Assembly: GCA_032718475.1 (NCBI GenBank)
Contig: JAUCBJ010006317.1
Location: 928-64,927, forward strand
Reading direction: 5' to 3'
Source: Nemertoderma westbladi
Lineage: Eukaryota; Animalia; Xenacoelomorpha
DNA length: 64,000 nucleotides
Part shown: positions 54,501 to 64,000 of the stretch, in pieces
Position numbering within the stretch: position 1 is the stretch's first letter
How the letters are laid out: the number at the start of each line of letters is the position of its first letter
Notes under the pieces: generated by a model
The model's database searches: none
What the model saw: only the letters and a program-made list of their open reading frames with translations
Told to the model about the DNA's origin: nothing
Made by a program: the position numbers and the translations under genes

Positions 54501-57500
54501 ACAAATAGCCGAGGTAGGTGAGTGGGACTGGTGTAAACAAATAGCCGAGGTAGGTGTGTAGGACTGGTGTAAACAAATAGCTGAGGTAGGTGAGTGGGAC
54601 TGGTGTAAACAAATAGCTGAGGTAGGTGAGTGGGACTGGTGTAAACAAATAGCCGAGGTAGGTGTGTGGGACTGGTGTAAACAAATAGCTGAGGTAGGTG
54701 AGTGGGACTGGTGTAAACAAATAGCTGAGGTAGGTGAGTGGGACTGGTGTAAACAAATAGCCGAGGTAGGTGAGTGGGACTGGTGTAAACAAATAGCCGG
54801 CAGGTAGGTGAGTGGGACTGGTGTAAACAAATAGCTGAGGTAGGTGAGTGGGACTGGTGTAAACAAATAGCTGAGGTAGGTGAGTGGGAGTGGTGTAAAC
54901 AAATAGCTGAGGTAGGTGTGTGGGACTGGTGTAAACAAATAGCTGAGGTAGGTGAGTGGGACTGGTGTAAACAAATAGCTGAGGTAGGTGAGTGGGACTG
55001 GTGTAAACAAATAGCTGAGGTAGGTGAGTGGGACTGGTGTAAACAAATAGCTGAGGTAGGTGAGTGGGACTGGTGTAAACAAATAGCTGAGGTAGGTGAG
55101 TGGGACTGGTGTAAACAAATAGCTGAGGTAGGTGAGTGGGACTGGTGTAAACAAATAGCTGAGGTAGGTGTGTGGGACTGGTGTAAACAAATAGCTGAGG
55201 TAGGTGAGTGGGACTGGTGTAAACAAATAGCCGAGGTAGGTGAGTGGGACTGGTGTAAACAAATAGCCGAGGTAGGTGAGTGGGACTGGTGTAAACAAAT
55301 AGCTGAGGTAGGTGAGTGGGACTGGTGTAAACAAATAGCTGAGGTAGGTGAGTGGGACTGGTGTAAACAAATAGCTGAGGTAGGTGAGTGGGACTGGTGT
55401 AAACAAATAGCTGAGGTAGGTGAGTGGGACTGGTGTAAACAAATAGCTGAGGTAGGTGAGTGGGACTGGTGTAAACAAATAGCCGAGGTAGGTGAGTGGG
55501 ACTGTTGTAAACAAATAGCTGAGGTAGGTGAGTGGGACTGGTGTAAACAAATAGCTGAGGTAGGTGAGTGGGACTGGTGTAAACAAATAGCTGAGGTAGG
55601 TGAGTGGGACTGGTGTAAACAAATAGCCGAGGTAGGTGAGTGGGACTGTTGTAAACAAATAGCTGAGGTAGGTGAGTGGGACTGGTGTAAACAAATAGCT
55701 GAGGTAGGGGAGTGGGACTGGTGTAAACAAATAGCCGAGGTAGGTGAGTGGGACTGGTGTAAACAAATAGATGAGGTAGGTGAGTGGGACTGGTGTAAAC
55801 AAATAGCTGAGGTAGGTGAGTGGGACTGGTGTAAACAAATAGCCGAGGTAGGTGTGTGGGACTGGTGTAAACAAATAGCCGAGGTAGGTGAGTGGGACTG
55901 GTGTAAACAAATAGCCGAGGTAGGTGAGTGGGACTGGTGTAAACAAATAGCTGAGGTAGGTGAGTGGGACTGGTGTAAACAAATAGCCGAGGTAGGTGTG
56001 TGGGACTGGTGTAAACAAATAGCCGAGGTAGGTGAGTGGGACTGGTGTAAACAAATAGCCGAGGTAGGTGTGTAGGACTGGTGTAAACAAATAGCTGAGG
56101 TAGGTGAGTGGGACTGGTGTAAACAAATAGCTGAGGTAGGTGAGTGGGACTGGTGTAAACAAATAGCCGAGGTAGGTGTGTGGGACTGGTGTAAACAAAT
56201 AGCTGAGGTAGGTGAGTGGGACTGGTGTAAACAAATAGCTGAGGTAGGTGAGTGGGACTGGTGTAAACAAATAGCCGAGGTAGGTGAGTGGGACTGGTGT
56301 AAACAAATAGCCGAGGTACAGTTAGTAGGTGAGTGGGAGTGGTGTAAACAAATAGTTGAGGTAGGTGAGTGGGAGTGGTGTAAACAAATAGCTGAGGTAG
56401 GTGAGTGGGAGTGGTGTAAACAAATAGCCGAGGTAGGTGTGTGGGACTGGTGTAAACAAATAGCTGAGGTAGGTGATTGGGACTGGTGTAAACAAATAGC
56501 TGAGGTAGGTGAGTGGGACTGGTGTAAACAAATAGCTGAGGTAGGTGAGTGGGACTGGTGTAAACAAATAGCTGAGGTAGGTGAGTGGGACTGGTGTAAA
56601 CAAATAGCTGAGGTAGGTGAGTGGGACTGGTGTAAACAAATAGCCGAGGTAGGTGTGTGGGACTGGTGTAGACAATTAGCCGAGGTAGGTGAGTGGGACT
56701 GGTGTAAACAAATAGCTGAGGTAGGTGAGTGGGACTGGTGTAAACAAATAGCTGAGGTAGGTGAGTGGGACTGGTGTAAACAAATAGCCGAGGTAGGTGA
56801 GTGGGACTGGTGTAAACAAATAGCTGAGGTAGGTGAGTGGGACTGGTGTAAACAAATAGCTGAGGTAGGTGAGTGGGACTGGTGTAAACAAATAGCCGAG
56901 GTAGGTGAGTGGGACTGGTGTAAACAAATAGCCGAGGTACAGTTAGTAGGTGAGTGGGAGTGGTGTAAACAAATAGTTGAGGTAGGTGAGTGGGAGTGGT
57001 GTAAACAAATAGCTGAGGTAGGTGAGTGGGAGTGGTGTAAACAAATAGCCGAGGTAGGTGTGTGGGACTGGTGTAAACAAATAGCTGAGGTAGGTGATTG
57101 GGACTGGTGTAAACAAATAGCTGAGGTAGGTGAGTGGGACTGGTGTAAACAAATAGCTGAGGTAGGTGAGTGGGACTGGTGTAAACAAATAGCCGAGGTA
57201 GGTGAGTGGGACTGGTGTAAACAAATAGCCGAGGTACAGTTAGTAGGTGAGTGGGAGTGGTGTAAACAAATAGCCGAGGTAGGTGTGTGGGACTGGTGTA
57301 GACAATTAGCCGAGGTAGGTGAGTGGGACTGGTGTAAACAAATAGCTGAGGTAGGTGATTGGGACTGGTGTAAACAAATAGCTGAGGTAGGTGAGTGGGA
57401 CTGGTGTAAACAAATAGCCGAGGTAGGTGTGTGGGATTGGTGTAAACAAATAGCCGAGGTAGGTGAGTGGGACTGGTGTAAACAAATAGCTGAGGTAGGT

Positions 57501-60500
57501 GAGTGGGACTGGTGTAAACAAATAGCTGAGGTAGGTGAGTGGGACTGGTGTAAACAAATAGCTGAGGTAGGTGAGTGGGACTGGTGTAAACAAATAGCTG
57601 AGGTAGGTGAGTGGGACTGGTGTAAACAAATAGCTGAGGTAGGTGAGTGGGACTGGTGTAAACAAATAGCTGAGGTAGGTGAGTGGGACTGGTGTAAACA
57701 AATAGCCGAGGTAGGTGAGTGGGACTGGTGTAAACAAATAGCTGAGGTAGGTGAGTGGGACTGGTGTAAACAAATAGCTGAGGTAGGTGAGTGGGACTGG
57801 TGTAAACAAATAGCTGAGGTAGGTGAGTGGGACTGGTGTAAACAAATAGCTGAGGTAGGTGAGTGGGACTGGTGTAAACAAATAGCTGAGGTAGGTGAGT
57901 GGGACTGGTGTAAACAAATAGCTGAGGTAGGTGAGTGGGACTGGTGTAAACAAATAGCTGAGGTAGGTGAGTGGGACTGGTGTAAACAAATAGCTGAGGT
58001 AGGTGAGTGGGACTGGTGTAAACAAATAGCTGAGGTAGGTGAGTGGGACTGGTGTAAACAAATAGCTGAGGTAGGTGAGTGGGACTGGTGTAAACAAATA
58101 GCTGAGGTAGGTGAGTGGGACTGGTGTAAACAAATAGCTGAGGTAGGTGAGTGGGACTGGTGTAAACAAATAGCTGAGGTAGGTGAGTGGGACTGGTGTA
58201 AACAAATAGCTGAGGTAGGTGAGTGGGACTGGTGTAAACAAATAGCTGAGGTAGGTGTGTGGGACTGGTGTAAACAAATAGCTGAGGTAGGTGAGTGGGA
58301 CTGGTGTAAACAAATAGCCGAGGTAGGTGAGTGGGACTGGTGTAAACAAATAGCTGAGGTAGGTGAGTGGGACTGGTGTAAACAAATAGCTGAGGTAGGT
58401 GAGTGGGACTGGTGTAAACAAATAGCTGAGGTAGGTGAGTGGGACTGGTGTAAACAAATAGCTGAGGTAGGTGAGTGGGACTGGTGTAAACAAATAGCTG
58501 AGGTAGGTGAGTGGGACTGGTGTAAACAAATAGCTGAGGTAGGTGAGTGGGACTGGTGTAAACAAATAGCTGAGGTAGGTGAGTGGGACTGGTGTAAACA
58601 AATAGCCGAGGTAGGTGAGTGGGACTGGTGTAAACAAATAGCTGAGGTAGGTGAGTGGGACTGGTGTAAACAAATAGCTGAGGTAGGTGAGTGGGACTGG
58701 TGTAAACAAATAGCTGAGGTAGGTGAGTGGGACTGGTGTAAACAAATAGCTGAGGTAGGTGAGTGGGACTGGTGTAAACAAATAGCTGAGGTAGGTGAGT
58801 GGGACTGGTGTAAACAAATAGCTGAGGTAGGTGAGTGGGACTGGTGTAAACAAATAGCCGAGGTACAGTTAGTAGGTGAGTGGGACTGGTGTAAACAAAT
58901 AGCTGAGGTAGGTGAGTGGGACTGGTGTAAACAAATAGCTGAGGTAGGTGAGTGGGACTGGTGTAAACAAATAGCTGAGGTAGGTGAGTGGGACTGGTGT
59001 AAACAAATAGCTGAGGTAGGTGAGTGGGACTGGTGTAAACAAATAGCTGAGGTAGGTGAGTGGGACTGGTGTAAACAAATAGCTGAGGTAGGTGTGTGGG
59101 ACTGGTGTAAACAAATAGCTGAGGTAGGTGAGTGGGACTGGTGTAAACAAATAGCCGAGGTAGGTGAGTGGGACTGGTGTAAACAAATAGCCGAGGTAGG
59201 TGAGTGGGACTGGTGTAAACAAATAGCTGAGGTAGGTGAGTGGGACTGGTGTAAACAAATAGCTGAGGTAGGTGAGTGGGACTGGTGTAAACAAATAGCT
59301 GAGGTAGGTGAGTGGGACTGGTGTAAACAAATAGCTGAGGTAGGTGAGTGGGACTGGTGTAAACAAATAGCTGAGGTAGGTGAGTGGGACTGGTGTAAAC
59401 AAATAGCCGAGGTAGGTGAGTGGGACTGTTGTAAACAAATAGCTGAGGTAGGTGAGTGGGACTGGTGTAAACAAATAGCTGAGGTAGGTGAGTGGGACTG
59501 GTGTAAACAAATAGCTGAGGTAGGTGAGTGGGACTGGTGTAAACAAATAGCCGAGGTAGGTGAGTGGGACTGTTGTAAACAAATAGCTGAGGTAGGTGAG
59601 TGGGACTGGTGTAAACAAATAGCTGAGGTAGGGGAGTGGGACTGGTGTAAACAAATAGCCGAGGTAGGTGAGTGGGACTGGTGTAAACAAATAGATGAGG
59701 TAGGTGAGTGGGACTGGTGTAAACAAATAGCTGAGGTAGGTGAGTGGGACTGGTGTAAACAAATAGCCGAGGTAGGTGTGTGGGACTGGTGTAAACAAAT
59801 AGCCGAGGTAGGTGAGTGGGACTGGTGTAAACAAATAGCCGAGGTAGGTGAGTGGGACTGGTGTAAACAAATAGCTGAGGTAGGTGAGTGGGACTGGTGT
59901 AAACAAATAGCTGAGGTAGGTGAGTGGGACTGGTGTAAACAAATAGCCGAGGTAGGTGTGTGGGACTGGTGTAAACAAATAGCTGAGGTAGGTGAGTGGG
60001 ACTGGTGTAAACAAATAGCTGAGGTAGGTGAGTGGGACTGGTGTAAACAAATAGCCGAGGTAGGTGAGTGGGACTGGTGTAAACAAATAGCCGAGGTACA
60101 GTTAGTAGGTGAGTGGGAGTGGTGTAAACAAATAGTTGAGGTAGGTGAGTGGGAGTGGTGTAAACAAATAGCTGAGGTAGGTGAGTGGGAGTGGTGTAAA
60201 CAAATAGCCGAGGTAGGTGTGTGGGACTGGTGTAAACAAATAGCTGAGGTAGGTGATTGGGACTGGTGTAAACAAATAGCTGAGGTAGGTGAGTGGGACT
60301 GGTGTAAACAAATAGCTGAGGTAGGTGAGTGGGACTGGTGTAAACAAATAGCTGAGGTAGGTGAGTGGGACTGGTGTAAACAAATAGCTGAGGTAGGTGA
60401 GTGGGACTGGTGTAAACAAATAGCCGAGGTAGGTGTGTGGGACTGGTGTAGACAATTAGCCGAGGTAGGTGAGTGGGACTGGTGTAAACAAATAGCTGAG

Positions 60501-62660
60501 GTAGGTGAGTGGGACTGGTGTAAACAAATAGCTGAGGTAGGTGAGTGGGACTGGTGTAAACAAATAGCCGAGGTAGGTGAGTGGGACTGGTGTAAACAAA
60601 TAGCTGAGGTAGGTGAGTGGGACTGGTGTAAACAAATAGCTGAGGTAGGTGAGTGGGACTGGTGTAAACAAATAGCCGAGGTAGGTGAGTGGGACTGGTG
60701 TAAACAAATAGCCGAGGTACAGTTAGTAGGTGAGTGGGAGTGGTGTAAACAAATAGTTGAGGTAGGTGAGTGGGAGTGGTGTAAACAAATAGCTGAGGTA
60801 GGTGAGTGGGAGTGGTGTAAACAAATAGCCGAGGTAGGTGTGTGGGACTGGTGTAAACAAATAGCTGAGGTAGGTGATTGGGACTGGTGTAAACAAATAG
60901 CTGAGGTAGGTGAGTGGGACTGGTGTAAACAAATAGCTGAGGTAGGTGATGTGGGACTGGTGTAAACAAATAGCCGAGGTAGGTGAGTGGGACTGGTGTA
61001 AACAAATAGCCGAGGTAGGTGTGTGGGACTGGTGTAAACAAATAGCTGAGGTAGGTGAGTGGGACTGGTGTAAACAAATAGCCGAGGTAGGTGTGTGGGA
61101 CTGGTGTAAACAAATAGCTGAGGTAGGTGAGTGGGACTGGTGTAAACAAATAGCTGAGGTAGGTGAGTGGGACTGGTGTAAACAAATAGCTGAGGTAGGT
61201 GAGTGGGACTGGTGTAAACAAATAGCCGAGGTAGGTGAGTGGGACTGGTGTAAACAAATAGCCGAGGTACAGTTAGTAGGTGAGTGGGAGTGGTGTAAAC
61301 AAATAGCCGAGGTAGGTGTGTGGGACTGGTGTAGACAATTAGCCGAGGTAGGTGAGTGGGACTGGTGTAAACAAATAGCTGAGGTAGGTGATTGGGACTG
61401 GTGTAAACAAATAGCTGAGGTAGGTGAGTGGGACTGGTGTAAACAAATAGCCGAGGTAGGTGTGTGGGATTGGTGTAAACAAATAGCCGAGGTAGGTGAG
61501 TGGGACTGGTGTAAACAAATAGCTGAGGTAGGTGAGTGGGACTGGTGTAAACAAATAGCTGAGGTAGGTGAGTGGGACTGGTGTAAACAAATAGCTGAGG
61601 TAGGTGAGTGGGACTGGTGTAAACAAATAGCCGAGGTAGGTGAGTGGGACTGGTGTAAACAAATAGCTGAGGTAGGTGAGTGGGACTGGTGTAAACAAAT
61701 AGCTGAGGTAGGTGAGTGGGACTGGTGTAAACAAATAGCTGAGGTAGGTGAGTGGGACTGGTGTAAACAAATAGCCGAGGTAGGTGAGTGGGACTGGTGT
61801 AAACAAATAGCTGAGGTAGGTGTGTGGGACTGGTGTAAACAAATAGCTGAGGTAGGTGAGTGGGACTGGTGTAAACAAATAGCCGAGGTAGGTGAGTGGG
61901 ACTGGTGTAAACAAATAGCTGAGGTAGGTGTGTGGGACTGGTGTAAACAAATAGCTGAGGTAGGTGAGTGGGACTGGTGTAAACAAATAGCTGAGGTAGG
62001 TGAGTGGGACTGGTGTAAACAAATAGCCGAGGTAGGTGTGTGGGACTGGTGTAAACAAATAGCCGAGGTAGGTGAGTGGGACTGGTGTAAACAAATAGCC
62101 GAGGTAGGTGAGTGGGACTGGTGTAAACAAATAGCCGAGGTAGGTGAGTGGGACTGGTGTAAACAAATAGCTGAGGTAGGTGAGTGGGACTGGTGTAAAC
62201 AAATAGCTGAGGTAGGTGAGTGGGACTGGTGTAAACAATTAGCTGAGGTAGGTGTGTGGGACTGGTGTAGACAAATAGCTGAGGTAGGTGAGTGGGACTG
62301 GTGTAAACAAATAGCTGAGGTAGGTGAGTGGGACTGGTGTAAACAAATAGCTGAGGTAGGTGAGTGGGACTGGTGTAAACAAATAGCCGAGGTAGGTGAG
62401 TGGGACTGGTGTAAACAAATAGCCGAGGTAGGTGAGTGGGACTGGTGTAAACAAATAGCTGAGGTAGGTGAGTGGGACTGGTGTAAACAAATAGCTGAGG
62501 TAGGTGAGTGGGACTGGTGTAAACAAATAGCTGAGGTAGGTGAGTGGGACTGGTGTAAACAAATAGCTGAGGTAGGTGAGTGGGACTGGTGTAAACAAAT
62601 AGCCGAGGTAGGTGAGTGGGACTGGTGTAAACAAATAGCCGAGGTAGGTGTGTAGGACTG
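39600..62660 (+). repeat. Irregular multi-kb higher-order repeat domain (about 7 modules, spacing ~1.7-4.4 kb)
   Basis: The module opening with CAGTTAGTA plus GGGAGT monomers starts near 41083, 44998, 48373, 50182, 51901, 56322 and 60102. TAGACAATTAG pairs lie 630 bp apart (41437/42067, 45316/45946, 50536/51166, 52255/52885, 56676/57306). The GTGTAGG marker ends near 40764, 44679, 48126, 49935, 54561, 56075 and 62655. Confidence 0.88.
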
Positions 62661-64000
62661 GTGTAAACAAATAGCTGAGGTAGGTGAGTGGGACTGGTGT
62701 AAACAAATAGCTGAGGTAGGTGAGTGGGACTGGTGTAAACAAATAGCTGAGGTAGGTGAGTGGGACTGGTGTAAACAAATAGCCGAGGTAGGTGTGTGGG
62801 ACTGGTGTAAACAAATAGCTGAGGTAGGTGAGTGGGACTGGTGTAAACAAATAGCTGAGGTAGGTGAGTGGGACTGGTGTAAACAAATAGCCGAGGTAGG
62901 TGTGTGGGACTGGTGTAAACAAATAGCTGAGGTAGGTGAGTGGGACTGGTGTAAACAAATAGCTGAGGTAGGTGAGTGGGACTGGTGTAAACAAATAGCC
63001 GAGGTAGGTGAGTGGGACTGGTGTAAACAAATAGCTGAGGTAGGTGAGTGGGACTGGTGTAAACAAATAGCTGAGGTAGGTGAGTGGGACTGGTGTAAAC
63101 AAATAGCTGAGGTAGGTGAGTGGGACTGGTGTAAACAAATAGCTGAGGTAGGTGAGTGGGACTGGTGTAAACAAATAGCTGAGGTAGGTGAGTGGGACTG
63201 GTGTAAACAAATAGCCGAGGTAGGTGAGTGGGACTGGTGTAAACAAATAGCCGAGGTAGGTGAGTGGGACTGGTGTAAACAAATAGCTGAGGTAGGTGAG
63301 TGGGACTGGTGTAAACAAATAGCTGAGGTAGGTGAGTGGGACTGGTGTAAACAAATAGCCGAGGTAGGTGTGTGGGACTGGTGTAAACAAATAGCCGAGG
63401 TAGGTGAGTGGGACTGGTGTAAACAAATAGCCGAGGTAGGTGAGTGGGACTGGTGTAAACAAATAGCTGAGGTAGGTGTGTGGGACTGGTGTAAACAAAT
63501 AGCTGAGGTAGGTGAGTGGGACTGGTGTAAACAAATAGCTGAGGTAGGTGAGTGGGACTGGTGTAAACAAATAGCCGAGGTAGGTGAGTGGGACTGGTGT
63601 AAACAAATAGCTGAGGTAGGTGAGTGGGACTGGTGTAAACAAATAGCTGAGGTAGGTGAGTGGGACTGGTGTAAACAAATAGCTGAGGTAGGTGAGTGGG
63701 ACTGGTGTAAACAAATAGCTGAGGTAGGTGAGTGGGACTGGTGTAAACAAATAGCTGAGGTAGGTGAGTGGGACTGGTGTAAACAAATAGCCGAGGTAGG
63801 TGAGTGGGACTGGTGTAAACAAATAGCCGAGGTAGGTGAGTGGGACTGGTGTAAACAAATAGCTGAGGTAGGTGAGTGGGACTGGTGTAAACAAATAGCT
63901 GAGGTAGGTGAGTGGGACTGGTGTAAACAAATAGCCGAGGTAGGTGTGTGGGACTGGTGTAAACAAATAGCCGAGGTAGGTGAGTGGGACTGGTGTAAAC

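Larger units (their letters stand above)
8039..64000 (+). repeat. 36-bp tandem satellite array, right segment; same orientation; continues beyond the window end
   Basis: Same monomer throughout. Length variants seen: 27 bp (-9), 19 bp (-17), 38 bp (+2), 39 bp (+GCT), 40 bp (+4), 42 bp (+CTGTAA) and 45 bp (+CAGTTAGTA). Confidence 0.99.

Noticed and set aside
54795-60955. Single-copy frameshift variants (GCCGGCAGG ~54797; GGTGATGTGGG ~60945)
   Set aside because: Unique and not propagated; they may be sequencing or consensus errors or module breakpoints, which cannot be judged without reads.
2401-63966. Giant ORFs (up to 8854 aa) on both strands as real genes
   Set aside because: The 36-bp unit is divisible by 3 and stop-free in 4 of 6 frames. 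ORFs overlap in several frames, most starts are TTG/GTG, and stops and frameshifts have been amplified.
1-64000. CRISPR array (36-bp repeat length is typical)
   Set aside because: Repeats are directly head-to-tail with no unique spacers, there are no cas genes or leader, and the insert is a eukaryotic LINE.

Overview
This window is almost entirely (~98%) one uninterrupted-orientation tandem satellite array with a 36-bp monomer, consensus GAGGTAGGTGAGTGGGACTGGTGTAAACAAATAGC(T/C), roughly 1,740 copies by length. The + strand is strongly G-rich (14 G vs 3 C per monomer). The only unique sequence is a ~1.24-kb insert at ~6801-8038. It is a 5'-truncated non-LTR retrotransposon on the minus strand, with an intact ORF2 C-terminus (YGCETW thumb-region motif, RFRLGSH motif, CCHC zinc knuckle; RTEX-like), an AT-rich 3' UTR, AATAAA and an (ATCA)n tail. 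This points to a eukaryotic, probably animal, genome. The very long ORFs in the track are artefacts of a 36-bp unit that is stop-free in 4 of 6 frames. The array is layered into domains with private monomer variants and kb-scale higher-order duplications (offsets 4491, 1886, 2144, 449, 1656 and 1386/1482 bp, plus an irregular 1.7-4.4 kb module from ~39.6 kb onward). Several recurrent variants are reverse complements of one another, suggesting hairpin/template-switch mutagenesis. Each monomer also carries a forkhead/DAF-16 element, tandem 5' splice-site consensus sequences and four GG tracts. I found no CRISPR array, RNA gene or complete protein-coding gene.
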